DNA from: Candidatus Kerfeldbacteria bacterium
Lineage (GTDB): Bacteria; Patescibacteriota; Patescibacteriia; SBBC01; CAIJZX01
NCBI GenBank assembly: GCA_903825245.1
Contig: CAIJZX010000012.1
Span: 76,059 to 140,058, forward strand
Reading direction: 5' to 3'
Length of the DNA: 64,000 nucleotides
Shown here: positions 1 through 8,925 of the stretch, one piece after another
How the letters are laid out: every line of letters starts with the position of its first letter
Position numbering within the stretch: the first letter of the stretch is position 1
The notes under the pieces: model-generated
Database searches by the model: none
Told to the model about the DNA's origin: nothing
The model's input: only the letters and a program-made list of their open reading frames with translations
Made by a program: the position numbers and the translations under genes

Positions 1-402
1 ATTACTAAACGAATCGATGGATAATACTGAGGGCAATCCTTTCAACGAGTTAGATTGAAATGGTGTTAATGTCACATCGCGACGTAAAACCGGTAACGAC
101 GGAATGGTGAAATCACCGGCCGTATAGATGAAGGTAATTGTTGACGGCGACGTACTCACCGCGCCTGAACCGGCCGACGTGGTGGCTAAATCTTTCGTCG
201 CTAACATTGGTACGGCCGCCTGATTCGCCGACCGAGGAGTGAGCGATGATGCAGATAATTCACCAAAAGCATTTGGCACTGACGACGTGAGAAACTGTTT
301 TGTAGATACTCCTTTGGGATGATCCGGCTTCGTTATCACAACCATAAATGTTATCGCCCCGATTGACAGGATACAAGCAACGGACAGGAGTATTTGTTTC
401 AT
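1..402 (-). CDS. Hypothetical membrane-anchored/secreted protein (3' end outside window)
   Basis: Manual translation from ATG 402: MKQILLSVACILSIGAITFMVVITKP..., open to window edge; TGGTATACT extended -10 just upstream. Confidence 0.7.
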   Translation of the reverse strand, partial: MKQILLSVACILSIGAITFMVVITKPDHPKGVSTKQFLTSSVPNAFGELSASSLTPRSANQAAVPMLATKDLATTSAGSGAVSTSPSTITFIYTAGDFTIPSLPVLRRDVTLTPFQSNSLKGLPSVLSIDSFSN

Positions 403-440
403 AGGTCAGAAGTATACCATACTACTCACGACCAAAATAT

Positions 441-950
441 CTACTTATTTTTCGAGACGCGATATTGAATTATCGTTTTTGCCTTCAGTCCAGGTCGAGA
501 AAGATAGACTTCTTCGTGCGCACCGATTAATTTCAATTTCTGCGTTTTGACAAACTCATGGAGCTTCATGATATTCGATCCTTCCGTAGCGTACGTCCCA
601 ACATGAAGAATCTGTGCATATGTTCCGGCCGGTAATGTCACGAGCTTGACTGGCAATTTCGGATTCTTTTGAATAAGATCTTTCGCTTTCACAAATGAAG
701 GTATTTCGAGGTTCCACACACCGATCCATTTCGACTTTGGTTTCAAATGCGCATCCGGCCAAAAAGCGGAACATTTGCCAATATCCATCTTCTTGCCTTT
801 CGGCTTAAAGACCTTGAACTTCGTGCCATAAGCGGTGCCATACAGCGATGGCATTATTGCAGCAGTTACTTTATTTGGATCACCAACCGTAGTAATTGTT
901 AGCACTGTACGCTTAGGGAGCTTGGTTAGCTCGGGCGTGGAGGATTTCAT
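441..950 (-). CDS. GyrI-like small-molecule-binding domain protein
   Basis: AQILHVGTY...HEEVYLSRP...KTIIQY motif typical of GyrI-like proteins. Confidence 0.8.
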   Translation of the reverse strand: MKSSTPELTKLPKRTVLTITTVGDPNKVTAAIMPSLYGTAYGTKFKVFKPKGKKMDIGKCSAFWPDAHLKPKSKWIGVWNLEIPSFVKAKDLIQKNPKLPVKLVTLPAGTYAQILHVGTYATEGSNIMKLHEFVKTQKLKLIGAHEEVYLSRPGLKAKTIIQYRVSKNK

Positions 951-968
951 ATGCGTAAAGAAGTATTT

Positions 969-1292
969 TTATTTCCACTCACGTTTCTTATTCATCTCTT
1001 CCTTGTCACGAAATGCCTGTTCAAGATCAATGCCGAGGTGGTTACAAATATCAAGCAAATAAATAAACACGTCAGCCGCTTCATGTTGGGCGTCGCTGAG
1101 CTCCTTGCCTTCGTGCGATTTCATTGCAGTTGATGTACGTGCTGAACGCGCTAATTCCCCACTCTCCTCGAGAAAGAGCATAAATAGCTCTGGCAGTGTT
1201 TCGTCGCTAAAACCTCGTTCTTCAACTAACGCTCGCACATACTTCTGAAAATCGCTTACCGTGGGTTTGGTTGGTAATTCGAGTGTACTCAT
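969..1292 (-). CDS. MazG-like nucleotide pyrophosphohydrolase
   Basis: LEESGELA...EAADVFIYLLDICNHLGIDL motif; start moved to MSTLELP. Confidence 0.85.
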   Translation of the reverse strand: MSTLELPTKPTVSDFQKYVRALVEERGFSDETLPELFMLFLEESGELARSARTSTAMKSHEGKELSDAQHEAADVFIYLLDICNHLGIDLEQAFRDKEEMNKKREWK

Positions 1293-1511
1293 ATTATTTA
1301 AGTCCTTATGTTGATGGCGTGATTGCACAAGGCAAGTATACACCTGAAGCAGGGGTATACAAAAAAACCGAGATTATGCCAACAATTACCGTTTTTTATT
1401 TCCCTATCTGAATCACCTGGTCAGCATCACCAGAAACAACTTTCCCGCTTGCAAGATCAACAATACCAAAAGCCCACTCCGCTCATAACGGAATGGGTTG
1501 GTGCAATCTGC

Positions 1512-1967
1512 TTACAACTTCATGTGGCCGTGGCCTGGTCCGACGAATCCAAGGTTTATCAATGGCGATGTGGCGGCATTATTAATCCATTGCTGGAGGA
1601 AAGTATTGGCCTCCGTTTGCGTCAGGTAGCCGACTTTGACCATGTCATTGAGTTTCGCCTGGTACGTGGCCTGCGCGCTGGCTTTCAACTTGTCATACGT
1701 TACCCCATGTTCGGCGGCAATTTGGTAGAATTGTTTGCCGGCGTTGAGCTCCGATTGGAGTTGCGAGGTAGTTATGCCAAGAAGTTTCGCCTCTTCGGTC
1801 AAGTTTTGACCACGGCTCGGAGGCGAACTATCATTCGTCGTTGGAGTTGTGGTCGATGTCGTTGACGTGGTTGAGGTGGCCGCGCGAACTGCGGTGGTAG
1901 CAACTGCGCCGACGCTAGCGATGCCAAGACCTGCGGAGAGGAGTGCTAATTTGGTAGAACGTTTCAT
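1512..1967 (-). CDS. Secreted hypothetical protein with Thr-rich linker and helical domain
   Basis: Signal peptide MKRSTKLALLSAGLGIASVG, T/S-rich linker, AKLLGIT..QLQSELNAGK..QIAAEHG repeat-like domain. Confidence 0.7.
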   Translation of the reverse strand: MKRSTKLALLSAGLGIASVGAVATTAVRAATSTTSTTSTTTPTTNDSSPPSRGQNLTEEAKLLGITTSQLQSELNAGKQFYQIAAEHGVTYDKLKASAQATYQAKLNDMVKVGYLTQTEANTFLQQWINNAATSPLINLGFVGPGHGHMKL

Positions 1968-2116
1968 AGGTGTATGGGTGTTAGTTAGTTGAGCTAATCT
2001 GTTATGAACACAGCGTAACATCACGTTCTGAATTATCGCTTAACCGACCTCATGAAATTCCTTCAGCAACATAAAAACCATCACCTAGCTGTGACGCTAG
2101 CGTTTGTCCTTGTTGT

Positions 2117-3373
2117 TTACTTCAGGCTTCGAAGAATTTCCGTCGCATCCCCTGCCGAAACCTTCCCGCTTGCCCGATCGACAATTTCGAATGCTTTGGC
2201 TGCCACTGTTTTACTGCTCACCACCACGCGCATTGGAATACCAATCAAGTCGCTGTCAGCGAATTTTTGACCAGCTGTCGCATCGATACGATCATCATGA
2301 AGTACTTCGATACCTTCTTGTTCTAAGGATACAATCAGATCTCTTACCCCGCTCGAGATGACAGAATCTTGTTTTGGATTTAGTTCAACCACGTGCACAT
2401 CAAATGGTGCAATTGCTTTCGGCCATACGAGACCTTTTTCGTCACCTAATACCTCAACTACGGTCGCCAATAAACGTCCCAGTCCAATTCCATAGCAACC
2501 CATCACTACCGGATGATGCTTTCCCGTTTCATCGGCAAATGTTAATCCCAGTGGTTCAGAATATTGTGTACCCAGCTTGAAAATATTACCGACTTCGATT
2601 GCTTTGACTTCATCGAAATCCTTGGTCGTTTTCTTGTACATCGTTAAGGCCTCGTCATTGTATACTTCCTTATTGATGGCGACTGATTTATCCTTCGCTA
2701 GATAAATCGTATCCTCGCCGGCGTCGGTCAACGTTTGGAATTCATGTGAGTATTTTGTAAACACCCCGCCGCTGGCAAATGTTTTATAAGTAACATGGCC
2801 GATGCCAACAGCATTGTATATTTTTTTGTACGCTTCTGCCGCGCGTTCGTAGAATATATCAAGGTCAGCTGTATCCTTCGTAAACGAGTATAAGTCTTTC
2901 ATTAAGAATTCTCGACCGCGCAAGAGGCCGGACTTTGCCCGTAATTCATTCCGGAATTTCGTTTGGAACTGATAGACAAATTTTGGCAAGTCACGATATG
3001 AGCCGATAAACTGCTTCATGATGCGTGTCAGCGGCTCTTCGTGTGAAAATGATAAACCAAGCTCGGTATCGTTCTTGAGTTTGGTTTTGAACCAATTATC
3101 GACGACCTTGTCGTCCCATCGACCGCTGGTTTTCCAAAGTTCCGGATCCTGCAAAGCCGTCATTGATACTTCCTGGCCATCAATCGCGTTCATTTCTCGG
3201 CGAATAATACTGACTATTTTATTTTGCACACGAAGGCCAAGCGGCAACATTGAATACACACCGGCTTGTTCTTTAAACACAAATCCGGCGCGAATCAGGA
3301 GTTTGGCGCTTTTTGCGGTCTCGTCCGACGGCGCTTCTTTGCGGGTTTTGGTAAAGAGTTGGGACTGGCGCAT
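2117..3373 (-). CDS. proS: Proline--tRNA ligase (short form without editing insertion)
   Basis: MRQSQLF, LLIRAGF, KFRNELR..GLLRGREFLMKDLYSF, MGCYGIG, anticodon-binding domain. Confidence 0.97.
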   Translation of the reverse strand: MRQSQLFTKTRKEAPSDETAKSAKLLIRAGFVFKEQAGVYSMLPLGLRVQNKIVSIIRREMNAIDGQEVSMTALQDPELWKTSGRWDDKVVDNWFKTKLKNDTELGLSFSHEEPLTRIMKQFIGSYRDLPKFVYQFQTKFRNELRAKSGLLRGREFLMKDLYSFTKDTADLDIFYERAAEAYKKIYNAVGIGHVTYKTFASGGVFTKYSHEFQTLTDAGEDTIYLAKDKSVAINKEVYNDEALTMYKKTTKDFDEVKAIEVGNIFKLGTQYSEPLGLTFADETGKHHPVVMGCYGIGLGRLLATVVEVLGDEKGLVWPKAIAPFDVHVVELNPKQDSVISSGVRDLIVSLEQEGIEVLHDDRIDATAGQKFADSDLIGIPMRVVVSSKTVAAKAFEIVDRASGKVSAGDATEILRSLK

Positions 3374-3383
3374 AGTGAAAAAG

Positions 3384-3947
3384 TTATTTGAAGTACACTG
3401 AATGATACCGATAACTAGCCATCGTTCGCGTTGATAAACGGATGAGCATAAAAACCACCAAAATAGTGATCGGCGAAATACGGCTAATCAAACTGATGCC
3501 GGAAAAGAACAGGGCCGCGCAAAACTCAATGAATTCGAATCGCTGCCAATTGACGAGAAACGGCCGATCGTGTAGATCGAGTTTGTATGATTTCTGCAAT
3601 CGCCACATCCAAACCAAATCAGCAAGTCGGTAAATGGCGAAAGCAAATAGTAATACAGCCAGCGATCGCTGAGTTGCAAAGACCAAATAAAACATCATAA
3701 AAATAATGACGAAGTGCAGCACCACGTCAATCTCCCGTTTGAACGGATAACGCTTCAAGACCGGCGAATAGTCGATCCAGTAATCAATCAGATTTAAATA
3801 AATGAAAATAAAAGCAATGTACTGCCATGGCTGATGGAGATTTGGCCACCACTGAAAACCTAAACCCAATACAATGCCGATCATGATATCGGCAAATTTC
3901 AAACTGAAATCGCGTAATTGTTTTTGTTCAGAAGCGTTAGCGGGCAT
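3384..3947 (-). CDS. Multi-pass membrane hypothetical protein
   Basis: Several hydrophobic helices; start MPANASEQ at 3947. Confidence 0.7.
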   Translation of the reverse strand: MPANASEQKQLRDFSLKFADIMIGIVLGLGFQWWPNLHQPWQYIAFIFIYLNLIDYWIDYSPVLKRYPFKREIDVVLHFVIIFMMFYLVFATQRSLAVLLFAFAIYRLADLVWMWRLQKSYKLDLHDRPFLVNWQRFEFIEFCAALFFSGISLISRISPITILVVFMLIRLSTRTMASYRYHSVYFK

Positions 3948-4147
3948 GTCTCTAGTTTGGCGAATTGGAGATTTTCCACTTAAGAAATATGTAAGTAGTA
4001 TGCCAGAAAGAAGCTTATCAGTCAAAGAAAAGCCTACCATGACACTACAATGGATCACGTCGTACCAGCTGTACAAAGAATACAACACCGCCGCTCAACG
4101 GCGGTATAATCCTAAGTCAACTATACGACTTTTTCAAACAACCAAAT

Positions 4148-4603
4148 TTACTGGCCGCGAATCTTGCTGGCTAATGACGCCAATGTCGCGTCATCCGCGC
4201 GTTGGAAATCGTGAGAAGAAATATATCCTTCGTAGTCATCAAAATATTTCTCAACATTAGACTTCAGCGGTTTCCAATCTTTCATCTTCGTACCATGCAT
4301 CGGGAAAAGTTTGGCATGCAGATGGTCGACGCCAAAACCTTCAAACATCACACCCGTACGTCCGACATCCTCGAGTTTTTCATCGAGCAGTTTAGCCACT
4401 GTTCGAACCGCGTGCATCAGCCCATCAAGTACGTCTATTGGAACATCAGCAAAATAACTCGGCTGGTGCGCCTTAGGAATAACGACAGTAAACCCTTTCG
4501 TATTCGGAAAGATCGACAGAAAGGCCATATACTTTTCATCCTGCCAAATCATGTGGGCTAGCGATGCTCCCTGGGCGATAGCGCAAAAAATACAGTCGTT
4601 CAT
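4148..4603 (-). CDS. HIT family hydrolase
   Basis: N-terminal DCIFC, VDHLHAKLFP HIT-like motif. Confidence 0.9.
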   Translation of the reverse strand: MNDCIFCAIAQGASLAHMIWQDEKYMAFLSIFPNTKGFTVVIPKAHQPSYFADVPIDVLDGLMHAVRTVAKLLDEKLEDVGRTGVMFEGFGVDHLHAKLFPMHGTKMKDWKPLKSNVEKYFDDYEGYISSHDFQRADDATLASLASKIRGQ

Positions 4604-5184
4604 GATGATTGCCGCTGTTGACGTTTATGAAAAAGATACATTAATCCAAGTACCAATAATCCACCAATCATATTCTGAAACAAATCGTGTGGGGTATCAT
4701 ATGGACCGCGGACGCGCGAGGTGTGGAACCAGAAATCACCAAGCCACTCACTCATTTCGTAGATTGCCCCAAGCATTTGCCCAATGAGAAAACCCATCCA
4801 AGCGGCAAATGGCCAATCAGCATTTAATTTTCCCGATTTTCGAAGTGCCAAAAAAATATCGATGAACAACGCGCTCAGTGCCATTCCGCCCATGGTATGC
4901 GTTATGCGATCCCACCACCAGTACCCGCCGTACAAATGCTGAAAATTCCCTAAGGCATCAAGCCATACCGATCCGGCCACGAAAAGAAAAGTAATAATCG
5001 AAAGTTTGCTCCCCTTGCGGAGCAGCCAACGGTCAAACCATAGCACACCAATCATTGTCGCTACATCGGTAATAGCTAAGGCTATTTGCCGTTGTGTTGT
5101 ATCATAGTGTGTGAACAGTTCAATACCAAGCAATACCAGTTGCACAAAGATAAACGACCAAACGATTATTTTTCTGTTATTCAT
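4600..5184 (-). CDS. Membrane protein, DUF2238/YjdF-like
   Basis: WWDRITH...YEMSEW...DTPHDL motif set. Confidence 0.65.
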   Translation of the reverse strand: MNNRKIIVWSFIFVQLVLLGIELFTHYDTTQRQIALAITDVATMIGVLWFDRWLLRKGSKLSIITFLFVAGSVWLDALGNFQHLYGGYWWWDRITHTMGGMALSALFIDIFLALRKSGKLNADWPFAAWMGFLIGQMLGAIYEMSEWLGDFWFHTSRVRGPYDTPHDLFQNMIGGLLVLGLMYLFHKRQQRQSS

Positions 5185-6428
5185 CGGAAGAATTGAATGA
5201 TAGTAAGAATACCCGAAGCAACCATGAGTGCAAATGTTGCCCAACCGATCGTGGCGAACGACCGTGGACTCGTGTTACCACCCATCACGTTCTTGTCCGA
5301 CGCGAGGCGAACAATGAACCACAGAATAACCGGCGCTAACAAACCATTCAGCACCGCCGCCAGGATAAGGAATGTAATCGGATTCGTGCCAACCATCGTA
5401 GCAATCGCGCCGCCAATAATGGCGACCGCGATCATGACGTAAAATGCCTTGGCGTCGCGGAACTTTTTCCCTAAACCTTCTTTCCACTGAAACACTTCCG
5501 ACATCGCATACGCCGCTGATCCAGCTAACACGGGAATTGCCAACAAGCCGGTACCGAGAATGCCGATGGCGAACAAGGTAAATGCGAATGATCCGGCGAT
5601 CGGCTTCAGAGCACTCGCGGCTTGATCTGCCGACGTGATGTTCATGATGCCAGCCTGATGCAGCGTACCAGCTGTGGCCACAATAATGAAGAACATGATG
5701 ACGTTCGACAGAATCATGCCGACCATGGTGTCGTGACGCATTTTCCGTATTTTTGTTTTCATTTCGATGCGTCCCTTCATTTTATCGAGCAACGACTCTT
5801 CCTCAACTTCCTCCGACGCTTGCCAGTAGAATAAGTACGGTGAAATCGTCGTCCCGAGAATGGCCGTGATCAAATACCACGACTCTTTCCCGCCGGTCAG
5901 CGTCGGCACAATTGTATGGAATGCAATCGCGCTCCAATCCTGCTTCGTCACCAACACCACGAGCACATAACTGAACAACGTAATCGTTAGCCACTTCAAC
6001 ACATTCGCGTACTTCGAGTAACTGACTGTTACTTCCAAAATGAGGATCAATACAGCAAAGCCGAATAAAAACGCTACCGCATTTCCCGGCACAATCAATT
6101 TCATCACCGCCGCCATAGCATTCAAATCGGCGCTGATGTTTATCGTATTCACAATTAACAAGCCGACCGCCAAACTCAACGCCACGCGTCGCGAAACATG
6201 ACGACGAATGACATTCCCCAATCCCTGTCGAGTTACCAAGCCGATCCGCGCCGACATTTCCTGAACCGCGATCATTAACGGCGTGGTAAATAGCGCCAAC
6301 CACAGGAAGCGGTAACCGTATTGGGCGCCGGTTTGCGAATACGTCACCACGCCCGACGGATCGTCATCGGAAGCGCCGGTAATCACGCCGGGGCCGATAT
6401 TTTTGAATAGTTTACGTGGGTGGAGCAT
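5181..6428 (-). CDS. NRAMP-family divalent metal transporter
   Basis: GPGVITGASDDDPSG, QEMSARIG, GTTISPY motifs; about 11 TM helices. Confidence 0.9.
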   Translation of the reverse strand: MLHPRKLFKNIGPGVITGASDDDPSGVVTYSQTGAQYGYRFLWLALFTTPLMIAVQEMSARIGLVTRQGLGNVIRRHVSRRVALSLAVGLLIVNTINISADLNAMAAVMKLIVPGNAVAFLFGFAVLILILEVTVSYSKYANVLKWLTITLFSYVLVVLVTKQDWSAIAFHTIVPTLTGGKESWYLITAILGTTISPYLFYWQASEEVEEESLLDKMKGRIEMKTKIRKMRHDTMVGMILSNVIMFFIIVATAGTLHQAGIMNITSADQAASALKPIAGSFAFTLFAIGILGTGLLAIPVLAGSAAYAMSEVFQWKEGLGKKFRDAKAFYVMIAVAIIGGAIATMVGTNPITFLILAAVLNGLLAPVILWFIVRLASDKNVMGGNTSPRSFATIGWATFALMVASGILTIIQFFR

Positions 6429-6488
6429 GAAAAGAAGGAGGATGAATAACGCCTATAGTGTACCATAATTCACTAGCAACTGCTGGGC

Positions 6489-6519
6489 AAAAGAAAAACC
6501 TATCGAACATGTCGATAGG
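6489..6519 (-). terminator. Intrinsic terminator of HD-domain orphan gene
   Basis: CCTATCGA-ACATG-TCGATAGG stem with A-tract on + strand (U-tract on -). Confidence 0.6.
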
Positions 6520-6533
6520 GTGCTAGAGAATAC

Positions 6534-7274
6534 TCACTTTGTGCTTCGCGAGACCTTTGTCCGCCGCGGCTTCTTCATCTGATCTTCGTGTTGATCGACA
6601 AAGGTCTGCATGTCCCGATCAAGCTTGGGCGACCATACCATGCCGAGGCACGGCAGAGCTTCCACCAGGGCTCGCAGTTTCGGGATCTGATTCCCAAGTA
6701 CGTGCATGGCAACTCGCACATTCTTCTTCTGCCGATACTGCTCCCAGGCATACACGAGGTAATCGTATCGCTCGACGAAGTCGAAAAACTGCGCTTCGCG
6801 GCGGCAGGTCATGCTGAGATCCGACATGATAACCTGCGCTTCGCGCGGGAAGCGGGAGTAGTCCTTCAAACAGAACTGCAGAAGATAGGCCTGCTGAAAC
6901 GACAGTGTGCTCCAGCCATGTTCCTTGAACAGCCGGAGGAAGGCCTTGTACTCAGCCACGTCGCTAGCCTGGCTCTTGTTGTTGTACAACACATCGCGAC
7001 GCAGAACGCCTTCAGGAATGTCGTGAACGATACAGGCGCTCAGTAGAAGACCGACATCGAGACTTGACTCCAGGCCGCTTCGGCCAATGACATTCTTCAT
7101 CATCAAGGCCAGACCCAGAGTGTGTTGCGTCGAGGTCTGACGCCGCACGCTTGGCCGGCGCCGCAGGAACACGCTCCACCGCACCACCTGATTCAAATCT
7201 TCTTGAACCGAGATCCAGGGCGCGAGTTCCCGATCGAGTTCATTCAGCGGCAGTGCTTTGCCATTTCGAGACAT
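6534..7274 (-). CDS. HD-domain protein (YfbR/5'-deoxynucleotidase-like)
   Basis: VVRW...QTSTQHT...CIVHDIPE..RDV pattern; GC-rich, GAGGAG SD. Confidence 0.7.
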   Translation of the reverse strand: MSRNGKALPLNELDRELAPWISVQEDLNQVVRWSVFLRRRPSVRRQTSTQHTLGLALMMKNVIGRSGLESSLDVGLLLSACIVHDIPEGVLRRDVLYNNKSQASDVAEYKAFLRLFKEHGWSTLSFQQAYLLQFCLKDYSRFPREAQVIMSDLSMTCRREAQFFDFVERYDYLVYAWEQYRQKKNVRVAMHVLGNQIPKLRALVEALPCLGMVWSPKLDRDMQTFVDQHEDQMKKPRRTKVSRSTK

Positions 7275-7402
7275 GCCGTCTCCTCGGTTTGGGTAAAAAG
7301 GGCAACGGGAAAAACAATGCCCGCACCTTACATCCGGTAAACTGCCCTGTCAAGATTGTCAACTACTATAGCAGGCGCCCTGTTCGGCGCCCACATGGAC
7401 AG

Positions 7403-7708
7403 TTACGACCGCAGATACTTCTTTCCATACTCCGCCATCGCCCGCTCAATAATCTTCAACCCCTCGCCTTTTCGCGTGGCATGATACACACCGTTGTTCG
7501 ATTTTCGTATCATGCCTTTTGACGACAGCTTCTGTAATTTCAACGTCAGCGTTCGTGAGGAAATATCTTCCAGCCAATCCTCGAGCTCCGAAAAACGCTT
7601 CGGTGATTCGGTCAGCGCCCGCATAATCAACATCGTCCAGGTATCGGACAATACTTCGGCCGTGCCCGTGATTGGGCATGTATGCTTGGTCGATGGCTGT
7701 TTTTCCAT
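7403..7708 (-). CDS. HxlR-family transcriptional regulator
   Basis: CPI...LSDTWTMLIMRAL...KRFSELE...ISSRTLTLKLQKL. Confidence 0.9.
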   Translation of the reverse strand: MEKQPSTKHTCPITGTAEVLSDTWTMLIMRALTESPKRFSELEDWLEDISSRTLTLKLQKLSSKGMIRKSNNGVYHATRKGEGLKIIERAMAEYGKKYLRS

Positions 7709-7733
7709 AGGCGGCAGTATAGCACGGGATATC

Positions 7734-7790
7734 ATACTTTACAAAGTAAAGTATTAGGAGTATGCTGTGGATAACTTTACATTGTAAAGT
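7734..7790. promoter_or_regulatory. Two palindromic operators (ACTTTAC-N3-GTAAAGT) between divergent HxlR and LUD genes
   Basis: ATACTTTAC-AAA-GTAAAGTAT (7734-7754) and ACTTTAC-ATT-GTAAAGT (7774-7790). Confidence 0.75.
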
Positions 7791-7822
7791 ACTTACTCAC
7801 TACGAGTCACCCCATATAACGT

Positions 7823-8440
7823 ATGTCCTACACCGACCTCGCCACTACTGATCAGTTGAATGCTACCGTTGTCACCCTGACCGCCAATGGTTTTTTACCG
7901 GCTATCATCGCAACAAAAGAAGAAGCTCTGAAAAAAATCAAAACCTTGATACCGCCAAATGCTTCGGTGATGAACGGCGCTTCAAAAACGCTCGAAGAAA
8001 TTGGTTTCATCGATTACTTAAAAGCCGGACAACACGGTTGGAAGAATCTTCATGCCGACATCCTCGCCGAAACCGACAAGGCGAAACAGGGCGATTTACG
8101 AAAACAAGCATTGCTGGCTGATTTCTATCTCGGTAGCGTTCACGCCCTGACCGAAACCGGAGAAATGGTCATTGCATCGAATACCGGCAGTCAACTCCCC
8201 CATCTCGTCTTCACGTCGCCGAATCTCATTCTCGTCGTGGGTGCGCAAAAAATCGTACCAGACATGGGCACGGCATTCGATCGGCTCACCACGCACGTGG
8301 TGCCGTTAGAGAACGCCCGGATGCAAGCTACGCGCGGCGTCAATACGCAGAACTCTAAAACGCTTATCCTGCACAAGGAAAACCCGATGATGGGTCGCAA
8401 GGTGCACGTGCTCATCGTCAAAGAATCGCTCGGGTTTTAG
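7823..8440 (+). CDS. LUD domain protein (YkgG/LutC-like)
   Basis: GASKTLEEIG, ADFYLGSVHALTETGE, VVGAQKIV. Confidence 0.85.
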   Translation: MSYTDLATTDQLNATVVTLTANGFLPAIIATKEEALKKIKTLIPPNASVMNGASKTLEEIGFIDYLKAGQHGWKNLHADILAETDKAKQGDLRKQALLADFYLGSVHALTETGEMVIASNTGSQLPHLVFTSPNLILVVGAQKIVPDMGTAFDRLTTHVVPLENARMQATRGVNTQNSKTLILHKENPMMGRKVHVLIVKESLGF

Positions 8441-8634
8441 AGGCCTCGGTACGCAAATACCAATCACTCATAAACGCATCGAGGGTGGTTTTGGTATTTG
8501 ACAGCAATTTCCTAAAGGAGTAGTACAAAGATAACCATTCAGATTGGTAGCTCCTGTCACTCATACCATCGAGTGGCATATTCATACGCCCCTTCCACCA
8601 AGAGTCGTTCACCATTAAAGCATCGGAGCTTATC

Positions 8635-8826
8635 GTGGACACCGATGTCAGTAAAGTACAGGGGTTCTGTAGCGTTTGTGAGCAGTACCATGGGGTCACC
8701 ATTCGGGCTGCATACGAAGCTCTCCCCGAGGGACACGAGGAACGGTACCTGACGGTTCAGCACAACCATCAGGGTAGCGAGTGCCTCGGATCTCAGCGCA
8801 TGCCGGAATTCGTGGTCAAGTCCTGA
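8635..8826 (+). CDS. Small Cys/His-containing (Zn-ribbon-like) orphan protein
   Basis: GGAG SD at 8625, GTG start, CSVC...H...C, own promoter (TTGACA 8498) and terminator. Confidence 0.6.
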   Translation: MDTDVSKVQGFCSVCEQYHGVTIRAAYEALPEGHEERYLTVQHNHQGSECLGSQRMPEFVVKS

Positions 8827-8840
8827 ATTCCAGCACGTCA

Positions 8841-8872
8841 CCCGCGGAAGCATTTCCGTGGGATTTTTCTTT
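8841..8872 (+). terminator. Intrinsic terminator
   Basis: CCCGCGGAA-GCAT-TTCCGTGGG followed by ATTTTTCTTT. Confidence 0.75.
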
Positions 8873-8925
8873 TATAAATCCACAGTATGCGGGCAATAAA
8901 TATTCAGAAGTGCTACACTTGTGAC

